Shown: positions 50,126-60,503, counted from the stretch's first letter. The stretch: DNA of 64,000 bases from Calditrichales bacterium (GCA_965267575.1 OZ254086.1:1344001-1408000); one strand, 5' to 3'. Numbers and translations are program-made. Notes: generated by a model not told the origin, from the sequence alone.

Positions 50126-51445
50126 ATGTCCCGGAAAATCGCGATTCGCAAGGAAAATATAGATCTAACTGAAAAACGCGCACCACTTTCACCCAAACAT
50201 GTCGGTCGTCTCATAAAAGAACACAACATTACGGTTATGGTGGAGTCCTGGCCCAACCGCCACTTTCCTGATCAACAATTTAAAGAAAATGGTGCTTTTA
50301 TTTCCAGCCAATTGGAAGATGCCAACCTGATTCTCGGTGTAAAAGAAGTGCCCATAGACGATTTGATTGAGAATAAGGCGTTTTGTTTCTTTTCCCATAC
50401 CATCAAAGGCCAATCCTATAACATGCCTCTGCTGCGTAAAATTCTGGATATGAACGTTACTTTAATGGATTATGAAAAAGTAACCGATGAAAAAGACCGT
50501 CGCCTGATTTTTTTTGGTCCGTATGCCGGGCTGGCAGGGGCCATTAACGGGCTGTGGCTGCTTGGCCGCCGCCTGGATTGCGAGAATATTGATAATCCGT
50601 TTAGTTTAATTAACCAGGCGCGCAGCTATAAAAACCTGGGAGAAGCCAGGCAGGCGGTACGGCGTTGCGCCGAGCAGATCAAGAAGAATGGATTGCCCGA
50701 TACCGGCAAACCATGGACTATTGCCATAACGGGCAATGGTACCGTCTCACATGGCGCTCAGGAGATTATCGATCTGCTGCCGGTGAAGAATGTTACGCCC
50801 GAAGAATTCCGTAGGATGCAAAAAGACAACAGCTTTGATTTGACCTCTCTGTACAAAGTGGTTATCGATTGCGACAATTTTGTAAAGACCAAAGACCCTA
50901 ATGGCGAATTTGGCTGGGAGGATTATTTTGCCCATCCGGAGAAATATGAAGCCGATTTTGCGCGCTATCTGCCGGATATCACTTTGCTTGTAAATGCCAT
51001 ATTCTGGGACAAAATGTATCCCAGGCTTGTAACGAAGGAAGACATAGCCTCGCTTTGGGAAAAAGACGATCAACCCAACCTGCGCGTTATTGCAGACATA
51101 ACCTGCGACCCGGAAGGCTCGATAGAGTGCACCTTGAAGACAACGACTTCGGAAAACCCGGCGTATGTTTTTCACCCGGAATCGGAAGATCTTGATTATG
51201 GCGTTAAAGGGCGCGGCCCGGTTATTCTGGCCGTTGACAAATTGCCCAGCGAGCTGCCCGAGGAAGCAACACACTTTTTCGCAGACGCGCTTTCGCCTTT
51301 TATCCCGGGCCTGGCAGGCACGGATTTTACAAAGCCGTTTGAAGATCTGGACATGCCGGCGGAATTCAAGCGCGCCGTCATCGCTCATCAGGGCGAGCTG
51401 ACACCGGATTTTGAATATCTCTATCAGTTTTTGCAGGGCTATTGA
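50126..51445 (+). CDS. Saccharopine dehydrogenase / lysine-ketoglutarate reductase (AlaDH/PNT fold)
   Basis: EKRAPLSP, GVKE, FSHTIKGQ, DYE, DITCD and AVDKLPSELP motifs. Confidence 0.85.
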   Translation: MSRKIAIRKENIDLTEKRAPLSPKHVGRLIKEHNITVMVESWPNRHFPDQQFKENGAFISSQLEDANLILGVKEVPIDDLIENKAFCFFSHTIKGQSYNMPLLRKILDMNVTLMDYEKVTDEKDRRLIFFGPYAGLAGAINGLWLLGRRLDCENIDNPFSLINQARSYKNLGEARQAVRRCAEQIKKNGLPDTGKPWTIAITGNGTVSHGAQEIIDLLPVKNVTPEEFRRMQKDNSFDLTSLYKVVIDCDNFVKTKDPNGEFGWEDYFAHPEKYEADFARYLPDITLLVNAIFWDKMYPRLVTKEDIASLWEKDDQPNLRVIADITCDPEGSIECTLKTTTSENPAYVFHPESEDLDYGVKGRGPVILAVDKLPSELPEEATHFFADALSPFIPGLAGTDFTKPFEDLDMPAEFKRAVIAHQGELTPDFEYLYQFLQGY

Positions 51446-51464
51446 ACGGAGGCAGCACAAAAAA

Positions 51465-53249
51465 ATGGCCTCAATAAGCAAAACAACAAAACGGACTATG
51501 AAAGATCAAAACGATCAAAATATTGTCCTTGAAGGAATTACGGCTTCGGAAGGAATCTCGATCGGCCGGATCGTCGTTTATCGCACCGATTTTGACGACG
51601 TAACCCGTTATGATATTTCCGACGATGAGATCGAAGAGGAACTGGAACGATACCACGCTGCTGTGGAAGAGATAAATGCTGTTTTCAAGGAGAACAAGTC
51701 CCGCGTCGAATCTGAGATAGGCGAAGAGAGCGCCCGGATCTATGATGCCTACCTGCTCATCCTGAGTGATCCCTTTTTTCAGCAGGAGATCCCCGATGCC
51801 ATAGAACAGGAAAAGACCAACGCCGAAGCGGTGATACTTTCGCATCTGCGCCGCTATGAAAAGCACTTTACCGACGTAAAAAACGAGTATCTGCGCGAAC
51901 GTATCGGCGACATCCGCGGCATAAGCCGGCGTATTATTTATCATCTTTTGCAGAGCGAATCACAATCAGGCACCTCCGGCAGGACCGCGCGTATTGTGGT
52001 GGCCCGTGAACTAACCCCGGCAGACAGCATCCACTTTCACCACAAAAGCCTGCACGGGATCATAACGGAATATGGCGGAAAAACCAGTCATGCCGCCATT
52101 CTGGCCCGCTCCATAGAAGTACCCGCCCTGGTCGGTGTTAAAAATCTTCTCAAGCACGCGCAAAACGATCAAAAAGCGATAATTGACGGCGCCACCGGCA
52201 AGATCATCCTCAATCCCGATGAACGCTGGCTGAAGATCTATGAGGACAAAAAGCAGGATTTTCTTAAACGTAAAAAAGACCTTTACGGGCTGATTGACAG
52301 GCCCCTTAAAAAAATCGGATCGCGCTGCATACGTCTGTTGGCCAATATCAACGAGCCTGGTGAGGTGGAAGCTGCCCTGCGCTACAAAGCGGATGGTGTT
52401 GGTCTCTACCGTACGGAATTGCAGTTTGTGGCCCGCGAACGGTTTCTTACCGAAGAGGAGCAGTTTGCGCTCTACAAAGATTGCGTTGAAAAGTTTAACG
52501 GCAGCGAAGTGGTAATACGCATTCTGGATCTCGGCGGCGATAAGTTTTTACCGTTTTCCGACCTGCAACGCGAGGCCAATCCGTTTCTGGGCTGGCGCTC
52601 CGTGCGCATTCTGCTAAGTGAAACAGAGATTTTCAAGCATCAACTAAAAGCTATTTTCCGGGCCGCGGCATACGGCAAAGCCAAAATCCTGATCCCGATG
52701 ATCTCGAGCAAAGAAGAGATCATTGCCTGCAAGGAAATTATTCGTGAATCCCTGGCCGAACTAGAAGCCGACAAAATTAAACACGATCCCAATGTCGAGA
52801 TAGGCGTGATGATCGAAATACCGTCGGCGGCTATCCTGATCAGCTATCTGATTGAGGAGATCGATTTTGTAAGCATCGGCACCAACGATCTTATTCAATA
52901 CACGCTGGCCGTGGATCGCAACAACGAAAAAGTGGCGCATTTTTACCAGCCGCTAAATCCTGCCGTGCTTAATCTCATTTACAAGGTGGCCAAGGAGTGC
53001 CGGCACCATGGTAAGGGTCTCTCAGTGTGCGGTGAAATGGCCGGTGATCCGTTGTATACACAGTTGCTGCTGGCCCTCGGCGTTGATGATCTGAGCATGC
53101 AGCCTTCGTCAATCCCCGAAATCAAGAACATAATCCTCAACACCGAACCCCGCGTGCTGAAAGAGATCGAGAAGCGCATGTTATCTTACTGCTCGATCGA
53201 TACATTACGCGATTTTCTGGCCCGCGAAATGGAAAAAGCCAACCGCTGA
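51465..53249 (+). CDS. ptsI: PTS enzyme I (PEP-protein phosphotransferase)
   Basis: GGKTSHAAILARS phospho-His motif; GVGLYRTE, NPFLGWR, SIGTNDL and CGEMAGD. Confidence 0.96.
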   Translation: MASISKTTKRTMKDQNDQNIVLEGITASEGISIGRIVVYRTDFDDVTRYDISDDEIEEELERYHAAVEEINAVFKENKSRVESEIGEESARIYDAYLLILSDPFFQQEIPDAIEQEKTNAEAVILSHLRRYEKHFTDVKNEYLRERIGDIRGISRRIIYHLLQSESQSGTSGRTARIVVARELTPADSIHFHHKSLHGIITEYGGKTSHAAILARSIEVPALVGVKNLLKHAQNDQKAIIDGATGKIILNPDERWLKIYEDKKQDFLKRKKDLYGLIDRPLKKIGSRCIRLLANINEPGEVEAALRYKADGVGLYRTELQFVARERFLTEEEQFALYKDCVEKFNGSEVVIRILDLGGDKFLPFSDLQREANPFLGWRSVRILLSETEIFKHQLKAIFRAAAYGKAKILIPMISSKEEIIACKEIIRESLAELEADKIKHDPNVEIGVMIEIPSAAILISYLIEEIDFVSIGTNDLIQYTLAVDRNNEKVAHFYQPLNPAVLNLIYKVAKECRHHGKGLSVCGEMAGDPLYTQLLLALGVDDLSMQPSSIPEIKNIILNTEPRVLKEIEKRMLSYCSIDTLRDFLAREMEKANR

Positions 53250-53261
53250 AAGGAGTTGATC

Positions 53262-53612
53262 ATGCTGCGCAACCTGGTTCTACGTTTTTTTATTAACGCC
53301 GTGGCCCTGTGGCTGGTGGACGTGATGTTTACCGATATATGGTTCATGGATACGCCGGCGCTTTTCATAACGGCCATTGTTTTCGGATTGCTGAATGCCG
53401 TGATCAAACCGCTGCTGCTCTTTTTTACACTGCCCATCAATTTGCTTACCCTGGGTCTGTTCACGCTTATCATCAACGCGATTGTTCTGGAGCTGGCGGA
53501 TTGGCTTATTGACAGCTTTGTGGTTGACGGCTTCGGAACGGCCATCCTGGCGGCGCTTTTCATAAGCATAATCAGCACTATCCTTAGCAGCTTGTTGAGA
53601 GAAGAACGCTAA
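53262..53612 (+). CDS. 4-TM phage-holin-family membrane protein (YvlD-like)
   Basis: GLLNAVIKP...LPINLLTLGLFTLIINA signature. Confidence 0.88.
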   Translation: MLRNLVLRFFINAVALWLVDVMFTDIWFMDTPALFITAIVFGLLNAVIKPLLLFFTLPINLLTLGLFTLIINAIVLELADWLIDSFVVDGFGTAILAALFISIISTILSSLLREER

Positions 53613-53721
53613 TTGCACATTGACCGGGTCAATATTGATGAACGGGTTTATGTCCGTTAAAAAGAGAAAATAATCTTGTAAATCCTGTAATCCCGCTTAA
53701 AAATATTTAGGAGATTGTAAA

Positions 53722-54456
53722 ATGCGCACAGGAAACCCCGCACTTAGTGATAAAACTTTTGCGCTGACCGGTGCTTCGGAGCAGCGTATGACGCTAAACG
53801 GTGTTGTAAACAAAAGCGGCATCATGCTGATGATACTGCTGGTTTGCGCACTCTATGTCTGGAACCGCTTTTTCAGCACGGGCCAGGCGGCCGAAGCCGT
53901 TATGCCCTTTTTATGGGGCGGATTGATTGGCGGGCTTGTTGTAGCGCTGGTTACTGTTTTCAAGCCCCATCTCGCCAAATACACGGCGATACCTTATGCC
54001 GCCCTGGAAGGTCTGGCGCTGGGCGCCATCTCGGCTTTTTTTGAGGCGCGTTATCCGGGCATCGTGTTGCAGGCGGTAGGCCTCACTTTCGCTGTGTTTT
54101 TTAGCCTTTTGGTTGTCTACCGTTCGGGAATGATCAAGGTAACCGAGAACTTTAAAATGATGGTGGTCGCGGCCACCGGCGGCATTTTTGTGGTCTACAT
54201 GATCAGCTTTGTCATGTCCTTTTTTGGCAGTTCGATTCCGTTTATCCATGAAGGGGGCATTATAGGTATTGGTTTCAGTTTGTTTGTAGTGGCTATTGCC
54301 GCACTCAACCTGGTTTTGGATTTTGACTTTATCGAAAAAGGTGTGGAACGCGGTGCTCCACAGTACATGGAATGGTATGGGTCTTTCGCGTTGCTGGTGA
54401 CGCTGGTGTGGCTGTATTTGGAGATTCTGCGCCTGCTGGCAAAGACGCGCCGCTGA
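53722..54456 (+). CDS. Bax inhibitor-1/YccA family membrane protein
   Basis: MRTGNPAL, YAALEG, LVLDFDFIE and LVTLVWLYLEILRLL motifs. Confidence 0.92.
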   Translation: MRTGNPALSDKTFALTGASEQRMTLNGVVNKSGIMLMILLVCALYVWNRFFSTGQAAEAVMPFLWGGLIGGLVVALVTVFKPHLAKYTAIPYAALEGLALGAISAFFEARYPGIVLQAVGLTFAVFFSLLVVYRSGMIKVTENFKMMVVAATGGIFVVYMISFVMSFFGSSIPFIHEGGIIGIGFSLFVVAIAALNLVLDFDFIEKGVERGAPQYMEWYGSFALLVTLVWLYLEILRLLAKTRR

Positions 54457-54497
54457 CTGTGAGTAAATCAATAAATTTTTAAATCTTAGGAAGAGAA

Positions 54498-55694
54498 ATG
54501 AAAATATTATCGCAACGCGGCATGGAAATGCCTTCATCGCCCATTCGTCGCCTGGTGCCATTTGCCGACCAGGCATTGGCCGCGGGTAAGCACGTTTATT
54601 ATCTCAATATCGGCCAGCCGGATATAAAAACGCCCGAGCAGTTTTTACACCCCATAAAAAATATGGATATGCCTGTTGTGGCCTATGGCCCCTCGGCCGG
54701 GTACCTCTCGCTGCGCAAGAAGTTTGCAGAATACTATCGCAAAAATGACATAAACGTCGATGCCGAAAATATCCTGATTACCACCGGCGGCAGCGAGGCG
54801 ATCATTTTTACTTTAATGGCCATAACAGACCCCGGTGATGAGGTCATCATTCCCGAGCCGTTTTATACCAATTACAACGGCTTTGCGGTGGAGGCCGGTG
54901 TTAAAGTTGTGCCCATTCCATCTACCATTGAAGAAGATTTTCAGCTTCCGCCGATCAGCAGCATCCGCGAAAAGATCAACAAGCGCACCCGCGCCATCAT
55001 GATCTGCAACCCCAACAATCCCACCGGCTACGTTTACTCGCGGGGAGAAATGGAGGCTCTGCGTGATATCGTCAAAGAGCACGATCTGTTTCTGCTGACC
55101 GACGAGGTCTACCGTGAATTTGTTTATGACGGCCGCAAGCATGTTTCAGCGATGCATTTCCCGGAGATCAGCGACCGCGTGGTGATGCTGGACAGTGTTT
55201 CCAAGCGCTACTCGGCCTGCGGCGCGCGCATCGGGATGATCGTTTCGCGCAACATGGAAGTCATTGAATCCGCACTAAAGTTCGGTATGGCGCGATTGTG
55301 TCCTCCCAGTATTGAGCAAATCGGAGCGGAGGCAGCGGTAGATACGCCACAGAGCTATTTTGATGAAGTGATCGCCGAATATACGCAACGCCGTAATACC
55401 ATGGTTTCATTGCTGAAAGAGATTCCCGGTGTGATTTGTCCTGACGTGCGCGGGGCGTTTTACCTGGTGGCCCAACTGCCCGTGGATGATGCCGACCGTT
55501 TTTGCCAATGGCTGCTTACCGATTTCCACGTGAACAACGAAACAGTAATGATGGCACCGGCCAACGGTTTTTACAGCACACCCAACATCGGCCAAAACCA
55601 GGTGCGCATTGCTTACGTGCTGAACATCGAGTCGATCAAAAAGGCTATGCATATCCTCGCCGAAGGCCTGAAGGTTTATCCCGGACGCGCATAG
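54498..55694 (+). CDS. PLP-dependent class I aminotransferase (AspC-like)
   Basis: LNIGQPD, NPNNPTG, DEVY and SVSKRYSACGARIG motifs. Confidence 0.95.
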   Translation: MKILSQRGMEMPSSPIRRLVPFADQALAAGKHVYYLNIGQPDIKTPEQFLHPIKNMDMPVVAYGPSAGYLSLRKKFAEYYRKNDINVDAENILITTGGSEAIIFTLMAITDPGDEVIIPEPFYTNYNGFAVEAGVKVVPIPSTIEEDFQLPPISSIREKINKRTRAIMICNPNNPTGYVYSRGEMEALRDIVKEHDLFLLTDEVYREFVYDGRKHVSAMHFPEISDRVVMLDSVSKRYSACGARIGMIVSRNMEVIESALKFGMARLCPPSIEQIGAEAAVDTPQSYFDEVIAEYTQRRNTMVSLLKEIPGVICPDVRGAFYLVAQLPVDDADRFCQWLLTDFHVNNETVMMAPANGFYSTPNIGQNQVRIAYVLNIESIKKAMHILAEGLKVYPGRA

Positions 55695-55695
55695 C

Positions 55696-56295
55696 GTGCA
55701 GTTGCGACTCTTCCTTTCCGTTATTCCGCTGTTTGTGATTCTGCTTTTGGCGCCGGAGGGCATTTATGCTCAGCGCATTTCGCTGGAGGTGGAACGCGAT
55801 ACGGTCTATTATGCTGTCTTTGGCGAAGACCGTGCCGAGATTTACCACTGGCTCCGGAAAAACGGCCCCCAGGCCAACGGCACAAGGGCCGCGGCTCTGC
55901 TAAACTATGCCATTGGCTGGGACGTGGAGTACGGCGGCTTTAACGAGGGTAATTACACAATCCGCTCCGGCCGCGTTAAGCTGCATATGACATGGACCTT
56001 CCCCTTTTGGGCATCCTACGATAAAACCGATGACCCGTCACTCAGGTCTCAATGGGATGATTTTTACAAATCACTGGAAAGGCACGAGGACGGCCATAAA
56101 AAGATCGTGTTGGAACATGCCGGCCGCCTTGTAGATTTGCTGAAGGATTATACTGAAAGCGACAAAGTCAGATTCAGCGAAATACTTGAAGAAAAAGCCA
56201 ATGCCATCATCGATGCCTGCGAAAGGGAAAACAATGCCTATGATAATGACACATCCTACGGCAAAGAGCAGGGCGGCATCTGGCTGATTAAGTAA
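55696..56295 (+). CDS. DUF922-like secreted Zn-dependent peptidase
   Basis: Signal peptide, HEDGH zincin motif and YD..T..G..QG tail. Confidence 0.75.
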   Translation: MQLRLFLSVIPLFVILLLAPEGIYAQRISLEVERDTVYYAVFGEDRAEIYHWLRKNGPQANGTRAAALLNYAIGWDVEYGGFNEGNYTIRSGRVKLHMTWTFPFWASYDKTDDPSLRSQWDDFYKSLERHEDGHKKIVLEHAGRLVDLLKDYTESDKVRFSEILEEKANAIIDACERENNAYDNDTSYGKEQGGIWLIK

Positions 56296-56317
56296 AGTTC
56301 TCCTTCACTGAGGAAAT

Positions 56318-56344
56318 AGATCCCGGCGCGGGGGCCGGGATGAC
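56318..56344. repeat. REP-like palindrome, possibly a terminator
   Basis: AG-ATCCCGGC-N6-GCCGGGAT-GAC between convergent genes; no U-tract. Confidence 0.55.
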
Positions 56345-56362
56345 ACGTATGTCGTTCCGATA

Positions 56363-56992
56363 TTATTCTAATAATGGCTTCAACACCTCCCACACATTTT
56401 CAGCCACAATCACGTGGCCGGCGGCGTTGGGGTGAATGCCATCGGGCAGGTTTAGTTCTTTAAAGCCGCCGACATCCTTCAGCAAAAAGGGTATCAATTT
56501 TGTATCGGCCTCTTTGGCTACCTGTGGATAAACCTGCCTGAATTCCTTCGTGTATTCCGGACCCAGGTTGGGTGGTATCTGCATGCCGGCTAAAACGACC
56601 GTAACACCCGGGTTTTTTGCGCGTACCTTTTCAACAATCTCAAAGAGGTTTTGGCGCGTTACATTCAGCCCGATGCCGCGCAGGCCGTCGTTGCCGCCCA
56701 GGGCCAGGATGAAAATATCCACGGGTTGGCGCAGCAGCCAGTCGATGCGACGCAACCCGCCGCTGGTTGTCTCGCCACTGAGACCCGCGTTGACCACCTT
56801 GTAATTCAAACCGAGCGAATCGATTTTGTGTTGCAGGTGCGCGGGATAAGCCTGCTCTGTGGAAAGACCGTAGCCGGCGGTAATGCTGTTGCCGAGGATC
56901 AGAATATTTTTTGTTTTGGCGGAGTTTGTATCCTGCGCGCCGCAAAGCGCATAAAAGAGTAACAGAAACGAGATTAAAACAGAACTGCGCAT
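56363..56992 (-). CDS. tesA: SGNH arylesterase/thioesterase I
   Basis: GNSITAGYG, NAGLSGETT, LGGNDGLRG and DGIHPN motifs; divergent from the YbbAP-like pair. Confidence 0.9.
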   Translation of the reverse strand: MRSSVLISFLLLFYALCGAQDTNSAKTKNILILGNSITAGYGLSTEQAYPAHLQHKIDSLGLNYKVVNAGLSGETTSGGLRRIDWLLRQPVDIFILALGGNDGLRGIGLNVTRQNLFEIVEKVRAKNPGVTVVLAGMQIPPNLGPEYTKEFRQVYPQVAKEADTKLIPFLLKDVGGFKELNLPDGIHPNAAGHVIVAENVWEVLKPLLE

Positions 56993-57080
56993 GGTCGGGT
57001 TATCCTTTCGCTGGAATCGAATCGATGATTTCACAATCTAAGATGATCAGGACCTTTCAGCCACAGACGGAGCAAAAAAT

Positions 57081-57782
57081 ATGAAAGCCATTCTTGCCCT
57101 GAAAGCAATCGAAAAACGCTTTGAGAGCGCCGGGCGCTCATTACAGGTTCTCAACGACATCTCTTTTGAGATTGATCCCAAAACAAGCTGCGCCATTGTC
57201 GGCCCATCCGGCAGCGGCAAAACCACGCTGCTGGGAATTTGTGCAGGCTTGGAACGTCCCAGTTCGGGAAAAATTTCCCTGGCCGGTATGGAAATCAACA
57301 ACAAAAGCGAGGATGAGCTGGCCGCTCTGCGCAACCAGAAGGTCGGCTTTGTTTTCCAGAACTTCCAGCTGATGCCCACGTTGACCGCACTTGAAAATGT
57401 GATGGTACCGGCGGAGTTGCTGCAGCGCGATAATCCCCGTGAACGCGCCGTTGAGCTTTTGGGCCGCGTCGGGCTGGAGGACCGCCTCGATCATTATCCC
57501 GTTCAGCTCTCCGGCGGTGAGCAGCAGCGTGTGGCTTTAGCCCGCGCCTTTATCAACCAACCGGAAATACTTTTTGCCGATGAGCCCACCGGTAACCTCG
57601 ATGATGAAACCAGCCACACCGTGGAAGAGCTCCTTTTTGATTTGAACAGCACACAGGGCACAACCCTGATCCTTGTAACCCACGACCTGGAGCTGGCCCG
57701 GCGCTGTGACCGCGTGATCCGGCTGAAGGGTGGCCACATCGAAGAAGACACCCGTTCCGTGGAGCAGGAAAACTATGTCTGA
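57081..57782 (+). CDS. ABC transporter ATP-binding protein (YbbA-like)
   Basis: GPSGSGKTT, LSGGEQQR and ADEPTGNLD motifs. Confidence 0.95.
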   Translation: MKAILALKAIEKRFESAGRSLQVLNDISFEIDPKTSCAIVGPSGSGKTTLLGICAGLERPSSGKISLAGMEINNKSEDELAALRNQKVGFVFQNFQLMPTLTALENVMVPAELLQRDNPRERAVELLGRVGLEDRLDHYPVQLSGGEQQRVALARAFINQPEILFADEPTGNLDDETSHTVEELLFDLNSTQGTTLILVTHDLELARRCDRVIRLKGGHIEEDTRSVEQENYV

Positions 57783-60303
57783 TAAAATATCCTGGTCCTG
57801 GGCGGCACGCATGGCCTGGCGCGACAGTCGCAGCCGCCGCGGACGCTTTTTGCTTTTTGTCTCCTCCATCATGGTGGGCATTGCCGCGCTGGTTGCCATC
57901 GATTCTTTTCGCATTAACCTGGACGCCGCCGTAAATGAAGAGGCCAAAACCCTGCTCGGCGCCGACCTGGTGCTGCGTTCCAACCGCGCTTTTAATTATA
58001 ATGTAAACACCTTTTTGGACACCCTCTCCAACCCGGTCGTCCGTGAGATCAGCTTCAGCACGATGATCTACTTCCCGAAAACCGGGAACAGCCGCCTGGG
58101 ACGTCTGCGCGCCATCGAAGAGGGGTTTCCCTTTTACGGCTCGGTGAAAACCAATCCCGTGGGCGTGTATGAAAAGCTGGGCCAAAGCAATCATGTCTTG
58201 ATTGATGAAACGATGCTGGTGCAATACGACGCGCAACCGGGCGACACCGTGCGCATCGGCTACAGTACCTTTGAAATTGGCGGAGCTGTAAAGGCGGTCT
58301 CCGGCGAAACCGCTGCCGGTTCTACCATCGCGCCAATGGTGTTTTTACCCATGAGCGAGGTAGACAAAACCGGGCTGCTGCAATTCGGCTCCATCGCCAT
58401 TTACCGCGCCTACATCAAGTCGACCCCCGGACAGGACATAGATGCCTTTGTGGCGGCCAACGAAAATTTCTTTAAGGAAAACAGCGTCCGTTACCGCACC
58501 GTTGAATCACGCAAGCGCCAGTTGGGCCGGGTGATTGACAACCTCAACGCCTTTCTCAGCCTGATCGGTTTTTTTGCTCTGTTGCTTGGCGGCATCGGCG
58601 TGGCCAGCGCGGTGAATGTGCACGTGCGCCAGAAGCTGGACAGCGTAGCGATATTGCGTTCACTGGGAGGGGGCGCCTGGCAGGTCTTTGCCATCTACCT
58701 GATTCAAACGCTTTCTTTTGGATTTATCGGCGCGCTACTCGGTGTGGCCTTTGGCGTGGCCGTTCAGTTTGGCCTGCCGCTCATTTTCCAGAACTTTTTG
58801 CCGGTAACGGTGAACGTTTTTGTCGTGCCGTCGGCCTTGCTGCAGGGCCTGTTTGCCGGATTTTTTATGACCAGCCTGTTTACATTACTGCCGCTGGTTT
58901 CCCTGCGTCGCGTGCCGCCGTTGCGCAGTCTGCGTGCTTCGTACGAGGGCGAAAAAAACCGTGACCCGCTGCAATACCTTGTTCTTGTTTTACTGGGATT
59001 GTTTTTTCTGGCCTTTGTGGCCCTGCAGGTGAACAACTGGCAAACGGGCATCGTCTTTAGCCTGGCGTTACTTGTTGCCATCATTTTGTTCGGCTACAGC
59101 GCCCGTTTTGTAGTGCGACTGATCCGGCGCTTTTTCCCCAAGAGCTGGCCTTATGCCTGGCGCCAGGGTCTGGCCAACCTTTACCGTCCCAACAATCAAA
59201 GCTCTATTTTGATTTTATCACTGGGACTGGGTGCTTTCCTGATCAGTACGATGTTTTTGACACAGGACGCGCTGTTGCGCCAGGTCTCTTTCAGCGACGA
59301 AGGCGAGCGCCCCAACTTGGTGCTGTTCGATGTGCAAAGTGACCAGATTCAGGCCGTGGAAGATACACTACAATCTCGCGGATTACCGCTGCTACAGCAG
59401 GCGCCGATTGTGACCATGCGTTTGCAGGAAGTGCGTGATGAAGACGTGGTAGAGATGCGCAAAGACACCACCGACCGCTATGAAAAATGGGTTCTGAACA
59501 ACGAGCTGCGTGTGACCTACCGTGACTACCTGCAAGAGTCAGAAGAGCTGGTGGAAGGCAGTTTTCCGCGCACGGGCAGCGATACCATCTTCGTCTCCGT
59601 GGCCGATGGCCTGGTGGACGCGCTGGACCTGAAACTGGGCGATCGCATTGTCTACGATGTGCAGGGTGTACCCCTGGAAACCTACGTGGGCAGCATCCGC
59701 CGCGTAAACTGGCAGCAGTTCTCGCCCAACTTTCTCACCGTGTTTCCGCCGGGAGTGCTGGAAGCAGCGCCACAGTTTCACGTGGTTGTGACCCGGGTTT
59801 CTCCGCGTGAAAAAGCCGCCCAATTTCAACGGGCCATGGTGCAGGCTTTTCCCAATGTCTCTATCATAGACCTGGCGCTGGTGCTGCAAACCGTGGAAAA
59901 CGTGCTGGACCAGATCAGTTTTGTTATCCGTTTTATGGCCTCGTTTACAATCCTTACCGGCGTCATTGTTCTGATTGGCGCGTTGACAATAAGTCGTTTT
60001 CAGCGATTGACGGAGAGTGTCCTGCTGCGTACGCTGGGCGCCTCGAAGCAGATAGTGCGTCGCATTATGACGCTGGAGTATGTCTTTTTGGGAAGCCTGG
60101 CCGCGCTGCTGGGTATTTTAATGGCGCTGGCCACAAGCGCGCTGTTTACGGTGACGGTGTTTGATGTATTGTTCCAGCCGCCCTGGCTGGAGTTGGGTGG
60201 TTTGTTCGCGGCCCTTTGTCTGCTGACCGTCGCCATCGGCTGGCTCAACAGCCGCGGGATATTTGACCGCTCGCCGCTGGAAGTGCTAAGGCAGGAGGCG
60301 TAG
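57775..60303 (+). CDS. ABC transporter FtsX-type permease (YbbP-like)
   Basis: AWRD.R, LLGADL and two FtsX domains (AILRSLG, LLRTLGAS). Confidence 0.92.
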   Translation: MSDKISWSWAARMAWRDSRSRRGRFLLFVSSIMVGIAALVAIDSFRINLDAAVNEEAKTLLGADLVLRSNRAFNYNVNTFLDTLSNPVVREISFSTMIYFPKTGNSRLGRLRAIEEGFPFYGSVKTNPVGVYEKLGQSNHVLIDETMLVQYDAQPGDTVRIGYSTFEIGGAVKAVSGETAAGSTIAPMVFLPMSEVDKTGLLQFGSIAIYRAYIKSTPGQDIDAFVAANENFFKENSVRYRTVESRKRQLGRVIDNLNAFLSLIGFFALLLGGIGVASAVNVHVRQKLDSVAILRSLGGGAWQVFAIYLIQTLSFGFIGALLGVAFGVAVQFGLPLIFQNFLPVTVNVFVVPSALLQGLFAGFFMTSLFTLLPLVSLRRVPPLRSLRASYEGEKNRDPLQYLVLVLLGLFFLAFVALQVNNWQTGIVFSLALLVAIILFGYSARFVVRLIRRFFPKSWPYAWRQGLANLYRPNNQSSILILSLGLGAFLISTMFLTQDALLRQVSFSDEGERPNLVLFDVQSDQIQAVEDTLQSRGLPLLQQAPIVTMRLQEVRDEDVVEMRKDTTDRYEKWVLNNELRVTYRDYLQESEELVEGSFPRTGSDTIFVSVADGLVDALDLKLGDRIVYDVQGVPLETYVGSIRRVNWQQFSPNFLTVFPPGVLEAAPQFHVVVTRVSPREKAAQFQRAMVQAFPNVSIIDLALVLQTVENVLDQISFVIRFMASFTILTGVIVLIGALTISRFQRLTESVLLRTLGASKQIVRRIMTLEYVFLGSLAALLGILMALATSALFTVTVFDVLFQPPWLELGGLFAALCLLTVAIGWLNSRGIFDRSPLEVLRQEA

Positions 60304-60503
60304 TCCGGACTGCGATTCGTGTGATGGAATGATTTTGTGATTAGAATAAGGCCCAATCAGAGTCCGTCATGTAATCATCAAAATCATAGTTTATGACAAT
60401 TACCCCTGTCTGAACTATGATTCGTATGATGGTGTGATTTTGTGATTAGAAGATTTACAAAATCATAGTCCATCACATAATCCAAAAAATCAAGGTTCAG
60501 ACA
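60302..60503. repeat. Two tandem long-hairpin repeat units (60302-60398, 60407-60503)
   Basis: Each unit starts with a TGTCTGAACTATGATT-like end and finishes with its reverse-complement-like end, with 4x TGAT on the left arm and about 4x ATCA on the right. Confidence 0.92.

Noticed and set aside
53262-53612. Prophage suggested by a holin-family gene
   Set aside because: YvlD-like proteins are common chromosomal membrane proteins, and no phage genes are nearby.
55522-55537. Third parS-like site ATTTCCACGTGAACAA
   Set aside because: Four mismatches to consensus including the outer arms, and it lies within coding sequence.
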